DNA from: Octopus vulgaris
Taxonomy: Eukaryota
Direction of reading: 5' to 3'
Length of the DNA stretch: 64,000 bases
NCBI GenBank assembly: GCA_951406725.2
Contig: OX597815.1
Coordinates: 96,286,001-96,350,000 of the forward strand
In this document: piece by piece, positions 12,599 through 25,669 of the stretch
Numbering within the stretch: the stretch's first letter is position 1
Layout: the number at the start of each line of letters is the position of its first letter
Program-made: the position numbers and the translations under genes
The notes under the pieces: model-generated
The model's database searches: none
Told to the model about the DNA's origin: nothing
What the model saw: the letters and a program-made list of their open reading frames with translations, nothing else

Positions 12599-12725
12599 AT
12601 GTGTGTGTGTGCGTGTGTGTGTGTGCGTATGTATGTGTGTGTGCGTGTTTGTGTATTTGTCCCCCCAACATCGCTTGACATAGCGGTTGAGCAAAAACGA
12701 CCGATAGATAAGTAGCAGTCTTACA
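12426..12725 (+). mobile_element. SINE body (B-box, CORE, microsatellite), continuation of 10316-10350
   Basis: ggattcaatctcactgtgtggcacgttgggca...ccaaagccttgtgagtggaaactgaaagaagcgcgtcg matches the 290-684 family. Confidence 0.9.
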
Positions 12726-14039
12726 ATGAATAATGCTAATTGGTGTTTATACTAAAATTTAAAACGGGGGTGACTTTGGAAATGATGCAGTTAATCTATC
12801 GAATTCCGAATGTCATTCATTATACAATATTGCATATAGAAGAAAGAGATCTGTCACTGAATGTATTATTCCTTTATCATCGTGCTACGAACATAGAAAT
12901 ATCAATAAAAAATTCCATCCCTAAATTAAGTGTAATTTTGAAATTTATTGACATAACAAGTCGTTATTTCATTCTACTTGTCTTGTATATACATGTTGAA
13001 AAATCAATAAATGTCCATGTTTTCTTTATTTAGCATACTTTTATTTAATCTTCATTTGTTTATTTTATTTCGTAGTTCTTCGCTCATTTATTTAACAAGT
13101 TCGTATCTGAAAACTAACAGAGGTTATGTGTTAGAGCAATCATTCTCCGCTAATTTTATCTCTGGAACGTTTGCTCTGCTGCAGATGGAGCAATGTCAAA
13201 GTAAAGATAAAATAGACTTAGTTGTATAGGCAAAATAAGATTAAACTGACGTAAATTTGAATTTAGTTAAAGTAAAGACGTGAATTGTCTTGTCGTCTAA
13301 AAGAAAAAAAAAACTAACACATATATTTCCACATGATTCTATTACGAAACAGTCAAATATTTTATTAAACTACTGTCTATTTCGACTGGAAAGTGTCTTT
13401 TAAGCTCTAGGTCATGAATCACTATTAATTATCATTGAGATACTACATAAAATAACAAACAAGGTATGTAAAATATGCATAAATTGTTTTCAGTATAACT
13501 GGTCATGTAATTTATGATAAATATGATTTTCGATAGTATTAGAGATGTAAATATTTTCTGTTCGACATTTCACTCCGATCTCTCGAGTAATTACATCTAT
13601 TCTTTGTATCTCGTTATTCCTCATTCTCATTGACAGACATAATGTTCTGAACACGCTTACAGAATTTTTAGGCTATTATGTTACATTTTGAATATTAACA
13701 CGGTGTTTACTATTGCTTTCACACTTTTATTATTTTATATTTTTCAAAATATATTTTCACTTTTAAAATCGATATGCTTATCTTCTGTTAATAAGAATAT
13801 TACTACAACGTTATAACTAGCTTCTGACACACCCATTGATTTAAATATTGTGAAGTGACACATTCCAATTTATTAGATACTTGTACTTGTATGATGAATG
13901 TATATATATATATATGTATGTATGTATGTACTTGTATATCATATACATACATACGTACATACATACATACATACATACATACATACATACATACAAACAC
14001 ACACACACTCACACACACACATACATACATATATATATA

Positions 14040-14600
14040 TCGTTTTTATATCTGGTTGGCAAGATACTTTATGTGAATTCGTGTGTTGAAGCATATTTTA
14101 TTGCGTCTGGAGAGAGACATTATCTTTTAATGCCTTATTATTTAATGCACTCACCGGTTCGATTTCCACTTAATGTTTTGTTTTTTCTTAAATTTTCGTT
14201 GTGTCTTTTTTTATCTAGTTTCAGCTCAGAGCTGTGGCCGTGCAGATGCACCGCTGTTTTGCTACACTCATGCACCGCCGTTTTGCTACACTGTTATTAC
14301 TAAGAGTCTCTTCTGATATGTGGCACTTGGTGAAGCAATGAGTTTGATATAGCTACCCTCATTTGCACCTCTTGCTGTGATGTAGGTTCATCTGGGGTTC
14401 TCGACCGGAAGAGGTCCAGCTTTGTTTTAAAAAACCCTACATCTACTTTGTGCAAGTTCATTAGTCTCTTTGGGAGAATATAAAAAGCTGTGGGCCCTTG
14501 AAACCCAGTAACTGGTCTTGAAGCGTGATAGCATTGCTGGGACCTTTGGCACTATTTAGGCAGAATGGTATACGTATAAGATTCATGTGTGTAAGTTGCA
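14040..14600 (-). mobile_element. CR1-like LINE 3' end
   Basis: Minus-strand translation VPKVPAM..GFKGPQL..LPKRLMNLHKVDV..KTKLDLF..TPDEPTSQQEVQMRVAISNSLLHQ resembles the C-terminus of CR1-group ORF2. Confidence 0.7.
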
Positions 14601-15121
14601 ATAGTATTTAAATTTGGAAATGTGTTTGTAAGGTCAAATCAAAAAGGGGGCGAGGAAAAAAGAAAAGAAAAGAAAAAAGGAAAGAAAAGCGGGGAGAGAG
14701 GTAATAAAGATGTGAATAGAGGATAAAAGAGGGTAGTGGCCAGTCAAGATGAATTGATAGAAGGAGTACACTTCCTCTCTCCTCATTCCTTTATTATCTC
14801 TCTCCCCACATTTCGTTTCTTTTTTTCTTTCTTCCGGTTTTTGATTTGACTTTATAAACACATTCCTAACTTTTAAGTCACTTCAAAAACCCTCGATTCA
14901 ATAACACCGTTTACAAACTCTATGTTTGGAATGACCAATTTTAAATACTAATGGAACTTACATACACGGTACAGAAATCTTATATGTATACCATTCTGCA
15001 TAAACAATAGAACTACAGATAGAATATCCCAGAATATCTCACGTCAATTTTCATTCCTCCACTTCACTCTGTATTTCATATCTTATCGAGAATAACTGTT
15101 GCTTAACCATTTTCTCACACC

Positions 15122-15169
15122 GTCTCCGATGAAATAATAAATAAAATATCCCGGAAACAGCTGTAAGAC
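15122..15169 (+). ncRNA. Hammerhead ribozyme motif, decayed
   Basis: GTCT-CCGATGA-...-GAAAC-AGCT-GTA-AGAC. Stem III is palindromic and stem II is poorly paired. Confidence 0.6.
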
Positions 15170-15274
15170 CTTCTCTTTATAAATGTTCTGAAATCTTTCA
15201 CAGCCTTGGATTTGTATTCAGAATGCAATGAAAACATCGACCGCTAAAGAATAAAATACTGTTATTATGTAAAG

Positions 15275-15560
15275 GGTAAAAATCACCTCAGTCGCGAATG
15301 ACCTCACGATTCCACCTTAAAAGATCCCTTCCGAGACACAGTTTCCGGCAAGCTTCTCTGTAGAAGATCAGCAGTCGCCTATGCAAGCCGGTCTATTCTC
15401 TCCACGTCACCGATGACATCGCATCTCGTTTCTACAGCTCAATGAACTGGAATGACGGAAAAGTAAGTGTTTTGCTCAATAACACTCACACAGCCCCCTC
15501 AGGGAATCGAACTTAAAACCACCTGATTTTAAATCCGATGCTCTAATCACTGAACAATGT
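15275..15560 (-). mobile_element. tRNA-derived SINE, second family
   Basis: Minus strand has cagtgattagagcatcgg..gttcgattccc (A/B boxes) and a CORE-like ttgagcaaaacactta. Confidence 0.65.
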
Positions 15561-16599
15561 CCTTTACTTTGTGTAAACCTCATCTGTGATAATCACAAAT
15601 AAGAACGACAACGAAATGGCGCGCAATTTCATTCATAAAATAATCTTTAAAATCTCTCACAAACACACCACCTCTCATCGCCGACAAAGAAACAATACTA
15701 GATTCAAAATGTTACATCAGCTAGATTATTAACTGTTCCAGTAAAACTTCATCTCACATCAGGCACAATGTTTTGCCACAGCTCTTCCGAAATCCTTCAA
15801 TAGTGCAAAAATAAAACTGGAACCGAAACAAAACCTCTTAGTTTTGCTAAAATAAAGAAGACTGACTGTTCAGTTTAACTAAATGCTGTTTAAGACTCCA
15901 AATCCTTCTATTTGTTCCAATAGATATGAAATCTTTCTTGCTTATCTAACCAATGCTAGATGCAAAATATGAACTCGGAATATATACATATGCATGGTTT
16001 TTTTATACTTGCATTAGCAACATCTACCAATATATTGCAAGTAATTGCATCTAAATGAATCGACTCAGGTGACAGATAATGGACACATTGTCTGCTCTAA
16101 ACTTAATGTTACAGTTATCAGCACTGCTTATTATATGTAAAAAAAATTAACAAGCTATGTTATTCTCGACTAAATTAGAGAATTCGAAGAATCTGGTTAG
16201 AATCTTCTGCGACAGTGTTTAATCAGAAAAAAAAAGAACTGAGAAATAAATAAATTTAAACTTCAAACAATGGAGTAAATTATTTTTATCTTCCATTGTA
16301 TTTGATGCCGCATAAAAACTTTTTAAGAATGATGTTTTTTTTTAAATGAAGAATCTAAAAATGATAGCGTTTAGATACAATCTGTGAAAATTTTTTTATA
16401 TATAATTGTTCTGGTAAGTTTATACATATTGGCAAAGAAATTTGCGTAAAGATATTTTGATATCAATTTATACAAATTTCAATGTGAATCACTGAAAGAA
16501 TATATATTATTTTGTGTTTTAATAATATTTAGTACTGTATACTATCTGCTTGAAAATATCATTTTTAGATCAAGATCTATAACTCTCAATTTAAATCTT

Positions 16600-17700
16600 A
16601 GACTTTTTCACAACGTTTATTCCGGTATATATCTGTGCGATGTATCTGTACAACATACCGCGAGATTCCATGTCTAACTCTGGAATAGCAATTAGGATTA
16701 GGTTACACTGTTACATTATTGATTTTTCCAAGCATATAGTGTATCCATGGGCATCCGCTTTACCAATCTGTTCCTCTTCAGCCCCTAATCCTCGAAGTCT
16801 TTAACATATTTACTAAACGAACACGACCAGACATGAGAAGTGTAAAACACTGATACAATTACCTAACATGTGTCAGCATGCAATGATCTTCAATGAACTT
16901 GCACACTTCACAGATAGCGGAACTGTTGACCCTCTAAGATACGAATGAAGCTTGCACATAGTGGTGTACACCTACAAGGATGTTGATACATGCATGCAAT
17001 GCTAAACGTATGCGGTGAGTGTACAATGACGCACAGGCATGCATTTGTGGCTTTTGGTCCCAGTTCAAAATATCTGAGAGGTTTCTCTGATAATCAGCAA
17101 TTAAGTCAAAATCTTCTTCACTGGTGTTCGCAGTCAAACTCTGCCGAGCACCACATAGAGTACGCCAGCGACTGACTTAACAATATGTCAAATGAAACAT
17201 TCTCCCTGAAGAGAAGACAAGAAAATGTTCGTTCTTCTACCTGTGTTGATATTTCACTCGCTAAATATGTCTTGAAAGCCTTTTCTCCAATTGCAATAAA
17301 TGGTCAGTTATCAACTGGCATTTAAAGGATCGCAAGAAATGCTATCGAAAGTTTATTGTACCTTCTTAGAGAATGTTGATGATCGTTATAGGCTATCACA
17401 AAATATTGGTCTAGTACACACATTACTAGCCGATTCCTTAGTATATCACTTTTCATAAAATTCTTAAAGATAACGGTACAACACAAATACAATAAGAAAT
17501 TTCAATTCTCAACAACCCATTTGTATCCTGCAGAATCAGTAAATGAAATTACTACCACGAGTTTTTTTTATTGAAACGAAATCTGCCTAAGAAGATGTAA
17601 GTGTAAACTACTACCAATACAAATGTTTCGAACACATGTTAATGAAGCTGCCATTCTGTGCAGTTGTGCCAAGTATGAGTGTGTTATTATTTTAGGAATA
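16600..17700 (-). pseudogene. Ancient CR1/L2-like reverse transcriptase remnant
   Basis: TFDSIS (cf. KAFD.V) near 17350 and ..ADYQRNLSDILNWDQKPQM (cf. LQ.DL..I..W....M) near 17060. Heavily degraded. Confidence 0.4.
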
Positions 17701-20700
17701 CTTCATCCAATCAGCTTTGCCATTTCAGTTCGAGTGCCTTTATGTTCCGCTGATACTGTCTGTATTAGCTATGATCTCTAGCAACATAAAGTATTGTTGG
17801 AGAGTTGAACTGACAAGACTTGGCTTCTTTGAAGGTTAGCTTCATTTTACAAGCTTATCTTTCTACCAGGCAGGAATATGTTCATAGGAGCGCGAATCTG
17901 TCGAACAAAACAATTTTGTTTACACACTTCTCTTAAAATTGATTATGCGTTGCATAAATTCTGACACTAGAACAATATTTTTGGTTTCTATACAGAGTGC
18001 GTTTTATGAAATAATTCTAATGGAGTGTCATCTGAAGTTACAATTTTTAATAATATACATACTGTTTCAATATTTTATGTTCGTTTCTAACAAACTGTTT
18101 ATTTATTTATGTATCTATGTTTGTGTATGAACTCGTAGATACAGACAAATGGTTGATAAGCTATTTTCATTGAATGTATTTCTTGATACCTAGCCACAAA
18201 ATGTCTGGATGTTCTTCCGTTTCCTCTTTTTACTTATCCATCCTTTCCGATTAATATTCTGTTCTGATTTACCCTCAGTTACAATTTTCCACCACGTTGT
18301 ATGAAATTTGCCGAACAATCAGTATTTTACGATACCCAATTACTCTTTGAGCATAATTTGTGTGTCTCTTTGAATTTGTTAATTCTCCTTTAACAGTAGC
18401 ATATTCTACACTGGTGCATATTTTCTAGTGCATCTTTAGGAGATTTTACACTGTAACCATGAATTTGTGTCGTTTTAATGTTACGCGTGCCTCGTCAGTG
18501 TGGTCATGAACTTTCATTATGTTGCTATATTTCTGGTCTAGCATCGACTTCAGTAATCAGTTGTTCGTCTTATCTTTTCTTTTTATACTGCGAGGCTGTA
18601 CACTAATTTTGTTTTTATTACTTCGTAATATGTTCATACAAATATGTTCACACAAAATACTAGTTATAGTGAAGTGTTTCATTAAGTTGACAATTGGCTC
18701 CAAATTTTAATTTGACCTGCTATGTTAAAATATGCTGGCAAGAATAGCCTAAATGAATAATGCAATTTACTTCACAGCTTAAAGAGTCACTTTGCTCCTT
18801 CTTTGTATATCAATACGTATTCATTTTGTACTTTGTTTCTCGATGCATATATAAATATCTACCTCTTTCCTACACGTTCATGATACTGAGCCTTTGAAGC
18901 AACAATTGTATTTTTAAGAAGAGTAATTTTGAATTTGGGTATTTACAGATAAGGAATTTTGACACCATAGTCGAAAATACACCCTGGGCCTTCGTATTTA
19001 ATGTTGGCATGCAATTTAACAGTTGCTGTATTTGGTGGCACTAATATAAAGTAAAACCGTCTGGATAAATGCTTGTTAACAATAATAAATCTGTTGGAAA
19101 ATGTTTCTACATTATTCAAATATTTCTACGCTTCTTTATCAGAATTTCTACTACACATTACAAAAGAATTCCGATTGTTTTTGAAGCAATAACTCATTAC
19201 AAGCACGCAGATATGTCGAGATGTTTAACATTTTAGAACTAAGTAACCATGGAGCTACTTAGGCACTTCAATGCACATGATAAAACAAATATGCACCCAC
19301 AAAGTGTCATTTAGTCCATTTATTATTTTTGGATGATGGGTTAACATCGTGGAACTGGAAATTGCTAAATAACTTGCAAAATGTTTTGAAAAATAAATTA
19401 CACTTTAGTCAAAAGGATACTTTACGTAATCCTCCACCTGAGAATTCTCTAATGAACACTGCTCCGATTTAACTCCGTGAGAACCAATGTTGTACACTTT
19501 TAATCTTGTCGTCATCGCTAGTCTTATATCATTTCGTTTTTACTTAGGTAAAACTAAATTCGTAACTAATTTTGTATTCCATTGTTGTGCACTGGCTGTA
19601 GTAGTTGAACTTTTCATAGAGTAAATATTTATCATTCCGTAAGTTGCAATAGTATATGGTCATATAAACTTTAAAACGCTTGTCTCTGAAATTACAAGTA
19701 CCACGTGGGAATTGTCACCGATAGCTGCTGAAACCAACCAGTACATAAGAAAAAGTGGAAAGTACAAAAAATACATCTCTGATCCGTACCCCATAGGGGA
19801 GAATGTTATGCGTTGTCAACCCTGGCCAGGCAGTTTCATTTGAGCCTAGAATTCCAATAAGACCAAATCATTATCTTCTGAAGTAAGGATTCCCCTCAAA
19901 CCGAGCATTCATTACATAGATATAAGAATTTGATAAATGTTATAGTGTATATGGTGTAATAAAGTGTAAGAAAATGTATATTATAATTATATGTATGTGT
20001 TTGTGGTAGCCCGTGCTATTATTGATTGCGCTTATATGTATACAATATTATAACTACAAATGCGCAGGTACTTGGACCTAGATATATCAACAACTTTGCA
20101 CGTGGGAATGTGTGTATACTCAAGTAAAATATGCCTCGATGTTGAAATAAATTATGGACGGTTAAACTCGATAAAATCTATTTTATAATAACTAACCCCC
20201 ACAATAATGATACAAATAACAACAGAATGAAATGCGTTCCTGTCAAATAAATCTATAGTGTAATAAGAGCAATCCAAGAGAAACAACCAACGGCGATAGC
20301 AACAATAAATGTATATACTAATATATATAAATGAGTATGAAATGTGTATGAATGCGTGTGTTCGTAAATTAAACTAAAACAAAAAAACATAGAGGTTCAG
20401 AAAATTACATGTACAACTGAGCACGCACACTCAGACACAAACACAGAGAAACACGACAAACATTTAGAAACATTTAAATACGTAACACAACAAACGTAAA
20501 TAACAATCGTGTTACGAACGACTTTGAGAATTCTATCTGTGAATTAATTAATTATTTAATTAATTAATTTCTCGATAATACATGGGAAATGCAATCCTTT
20601 TACTGCCATGAGGAATCTCCATGGAAAACACGGAGCAGCATTTTATTGAACAACGTCACTTGTAAAGTTTGTTTTGCACACGGTTATTTCCACAATGCAT

Positions 20701-22422
20701 TGCTATCCACGTAGTCATATGAAAGCCTGTGACGAATTCGTTTAGTTCTACCGATTTCGATTATGTATAAAAATTGACTTTTGAACAGGGATGCAAATGC
20801 TGAAGGAAAGAAAGGAATAACTCCTTTGTAGATTATGGCATTCTACGTTGATAACGAACATTAAAGGAACTATTCTACATATTTCAGCGAATATCAAGGC
20901 ATTACGCGAGTTTCGACAAAGAGAAAAATACAGTATATCCAATGCAAGTATGGATTAAGAATTACGGTAAACTGAATTAACTTAACTCTGAATGCAAAAA
21001 CACTGACAAACCATTTATTTGACGCATATTTAAATAAAAGTATATATGTGTGCGTGATAAAGTAGAATTTTAGGAGCTTTATGAATGATTCTATCACTTA
21101 ATCAGGTTCAAAAGAGAAGCTCCCATGAACTTAATCCGAGCATCCGAACCCGTGGAGAATGCAGAAATATGTTTGCTATTAGCAGACCAAAAACCAACTG
21201 TTTGATTTCAACAGAATCTATTCTGCGGTGACACACAAAGGCAAGATTTTATAGTTAAAATACTATTCGCGCTCCGTTAGTCTTTCACACTATTTTCACC
21301 CAGACAATTTTCTTTAGCAGGATTCAGTTGAATCAACGTTAGGGCAAAATATAATGTCCTCAGGAGATATACAGTCGAGCCAATACATGCACAAACTAGT
21401 TAAGTAGCAAAGTATTTATTAATAAATCTATATTTCTGTCTTCTATTTCTATATAGGTCACCTGAATACAAAGAGCTATATATTCATTTAAAAAGTGCAT
21501 TAGCTGAAATAAATAATTGGATGTAAACGTAAAAATAGATGAAAGAAAGGAGGAAATGAGTTGTCCATGCACATTTCAAGGTTTTGCACAGGAATTGCAA
21601 GCATTATCTTGCAATTCAGAAACACATAAACCAATGAAGGATCTGAAACAAATGACACAAATTAAGCAACCAGCGGAGATATTTATGGGCAATTTCATAT
21701 AAATTTAACAATTTCATTTGGAAATAACAGCATAAGGGCCTTTACTGAGAACCTACTACAAACAGGTAACCGATTATATACGTAATATCTTAATGTGCTG
21801 GACATCTAAACCAATTCACTTAGTGGAATAGAAGTATAGTATCATTTCGGAAGCGTTATAGCATCGTGCCAAATGTGTACCAATTAAATGAAGAGAATAT
21901 GAATATGGCTGCAGTATAATCTAATATCTAAAATTGAAATTAGTATAAAGCAATACAATGAGCCTGAGCTAGGGGATTATATTTGAATAAAAGAGTGAAA
22001 ATAGAAATATAATTACAGGTGCATAATGTGTATCACCCAAAGTTTCACTCAGTTGCTTGACCAATTATTGCCCAAATCATATATCAAGAATTTGAGTGTA
22101 ACTAGCGAAAATGAAGCGAACGAAAACAATTCAAAATAAAATAAATGTAGCATTTAATGAAAGGTAGCAATGTTCTTAATAAATTATACAAGTGATTTAG
22201 AAAAGTCTCAACTTCCTCTTATACTGTTGAGAATTCTCCGATCTGGTCTTTCTTATCAAATATATCAGGTGGGGTTAATAATAACCAGAGAAATACAACG
22301 ACAAATTAGAAAATTGCCATTTTCTAAATACCTACATTGTGCCAGTTAAGACATCCAAATATGTCCATACAAAAATTACAATGATTATTTACAGTACACA
22401 AGCACACATACATAACCAACAC

Positions 22423-22461
<39 letters not shown>

Positions 22462-22763
22462 AATCACTGTCTGTATCTCTTTCTCTGGCGCTGTCTCTCA
22501 ACACAAACACACAGATATACTGTGAAAATAATAAGGGTAGAAAACTTAGAAACATTTTCGTATTGGTGGCTAGCATGCGCAATAAATTCAATAGACGACA
22601 TATTTTCATATATAATAGTGTAGTAACAACTCGTGTATTTATACACGAAAGAGGTGACTTTTAACGGGACACTCTACATGCTAGAAAGGGCAGCTAAAGC
22701 CTAAACCACGAATAAGAGCAATTTCAAAGGGAATGAAACTAAAAAAAATAATTGTTGTAGTTA

Positions 22764-22834
22764 CCCTCAGACTCGAGTGTCGGTATCAATATGCAAAATA
22801 AATTAATTTGCCATCCGAACTTCTTCAGTGAGGG
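22764..22834 (-). ncRNA. Hammerhead ribozyme motif with mutated GAAA
   Basis: CCCTCA-CTGAAGA-[long stem II with GCAAA/TTTGC]-GACAC-TCGA-GTC-TGAGGG. Same architecture as 9853-9924. Confidence 0.7.
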
Positions 22835-22847
22835 CTCTAAAATTAAT

Positions 22848-22960
22848 GCATATTTATGCATCAAATAGCACCGAAAATACTTGCTATGTTATAATTTTCA
22901 AATCCACCGTATAAGTTGTTAGCACGTGTATTTTCGGTGCTATCTGCAACATAAATATGC
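22848..22960. repeat. Imperfect inverted repeat / hairpin
   Basis: gcatatttatg..atagcaccgaaaatac pairs with gtattttcggtgctat..cataaatatgc. Confidence 0.85.
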
Positions 22961-23954
22961 GCTCACTCCTTCCAGTTTCCCCTCATATCATTATACGTAT
23001 CTACCCTCTTAATGCCCTCCCCTCCTACATAATTTCTTCCCCAGAGACCCAACCTGTATACACACTTTAAATTTTTTCTGTTTTATTTCCTCCCGATACT
23101 TTCATAACAAGATCTGATAGACGCACAATGTAATACCATGAGTTTGATGCAAGTTTGACGACGTCTAACAATGCTTAAAGCCGCAAATATTACGTTATAT
23201 TTTTTTCTAGAATTTTCGCATAAACTAACGTTGCACATGGAGATGACACGGAAATGTGTAATTTATAATTAAACATGTGTTAAAGAATTTTGCTTGTGTT
23301 CTTCTTTTCATTGGATCATATGTGTATTTGTGCGTGCTTGTGTTTGTGCGTGTATGCATACATGTGTGTGTATGCCTGTGTGTGTGCGTTTGCGCTCGCT
23401 CTTGTGGTTGCACTTTGATTTACATTATATGAATAAGAGCTGTGTTCTCATTCCCTGTAGGGTGTTATGAAATTTATTAAATCTGAAACTCAATATCTGC
23501 CTCACGATTCGAATTTCACGCCACTGCGAGTTGCAGATGAGAGCTGTAATAACCTGCTGTTAGTTATATAGTAATATACTCATTATGTGTATGTAATTTG
23601 GTGCTGGTTTATTTTCAATTGTTTTATGTTAATCCTATATCGATTAGGTACCATTTTTTCAGGCCTGTTCTTTAGTTATTAAGTTTATTGCATGAAGCGC
23701 CGTGCCTATATTTCTTGTAGCTTGTGGTGTGAGGGTTTTCTAGTAATTGAGTTCGTTCACATCATTGCGTTTCTTTATTGATCGTCTTTTATTTTTCTGC
23801 CGTCATTTGTAGTTTAGGTTATTTTATTATTTTTGAATTGTATTCTATCAATGTTGGGTAAAATGGTCTGGTTTTAATTAATTTGCGATTTGCTAGCATA
23901 GCATGGTGTGGATAGGGCTCGTTATTACAGATTATATGAGCAAGCAAGGGTAAT

Positions 23955-24147
23955 GAAATAATATCCCAATACAGGCTCCAAACAAATTCCATTAAAAACC
24001 GATAGTACTTCAAATTAATAAATAAACTTCAAACTCAAAATAAATACCGAAATAATATCCCGATACAGGCTCCAAAAAAATTCCATTAAAAACCGATAGT
24101 ACTTCAAATTAATAAATAAACTTCAAACTCAAAATAAATACCGAAAT
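23955..24147. repeat. Tandem duplication of a 94-bp unit (2 copies)
   Basis: gaaataatatccc..acaggctccaaa.. starts at 23955 and again at 24049, nearly identical. Confidence 0.95.
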
Positions 24148-25669
24148 CCCATAGCCATACATTCGACACATTGAGACACATGCACGGTCTGAAACATATA
24201 AAATCTTCTAAACAAAACACAAAAACATATCCATACACTCACAACAACGATATATCACAAAATAAAGTTTAAAAGCCTGAGATGGTCACATATATGCGAT
24301 GTGTGTGTACACAGGCACACCATTATACAAACCCAAATTACAAATAAACAATAATATACCACTTGATATCCGAGCCAAAACACGCTAAAAATAAATATTT
24401 CCTCAAAACAAGAAAATAAAAATATTCTAACTCACCCTACAAAGCATCCCACTACGGCACACAAAGTACAACTCAATAAATATTCGCGTAAATAAGACAC
24501 TAAAACCATTCTGCCATAAAAATATTATTCATTAAAAGCCTATCAATGCAGAATAGATATGTCCTTAATTTGTTTCACAGCCAACGTTTGACGGAGATAT
24601 CAATGAGTCAGAAACACTGTGGACATATTTTTTCCTCTCTTATTACCGTTTCACATTTCAAATGCAAGATAAGTTTTCTAAATCTTGAAGAAATTACGTT
24701 AAGTTTAAAGATTCTAGCTTTATTTATTGTCGCTATATTCATTGAAAAAATATCCTGTTTACAGTTCTTTGTGCCATTTTCAATACTCCAAGAACTATTG
24801 AGTTTTCGGATCATTTTAGAGAACAAAAGAATTTGATTTGCATCGATGAAAATAAAGTGCTAAAGTTCAGAGAATAAGATTACCAGAACATTGGAAGATA
24901 TCTAGGGACAGAAATGAACAAGAATATCAAGAATATTCACTTAATTTGAGTAAGTTTATGAGATGTGTTATTACATGCAACTGTAAAAAATGTGTGAAAT
25001 TTTGAAATGCGTCTGCTGATACATCCATACCCGAGTCGAATTTTGCAAAATGTAATGAAGGAATGTAATAAACCCTCATCATTGGAAAAACAATTTTAAT
25101 GTGTGAAGTGTAGTGATGATATGCACTACTATCAAATCATTAAGTGGTAAAACATGGATGTTTAAAGTATAAGTACACTTATTTGAGGATTATATTTTTT
25201 AAATATCACTTCCTAAATAAGCCCATATCTCCAAGAGGTTAATATTTAATTGTAATTGAAGAAATTTGCGTGACATCAAACCTTTTCATTACTGACTTCA
25301 AGATTTTATTGGTAAACTTATCCTTTTTCAAAGAAATATAATTTTATTGTAGAGGATTATAGATATCTCTCAGAAGCATGAAACAATCCTCTTCAGAATT
25401 TTAGTTTCCAAATGGATGCATTTAAGTTGGGCATAATCTTTATAAAATTCTATTTGAAATTAAATGACTCTGGGGGTGGAGGGAATCAGTTATATGCAAT
25501 ACTTCTCTTATGAACTTTGTTAACGAGAATATTTTACAATATTTTACAATATGTTCCAGATATATTTTGTAAAGATAAATAGTTCGAGATAAATACTTTT
25601 TCTCGAATGACATTTACATTTAAGTTTAAAGTATAGTAGTTATAATGCATTATCTTTTATTTCAGGAAA

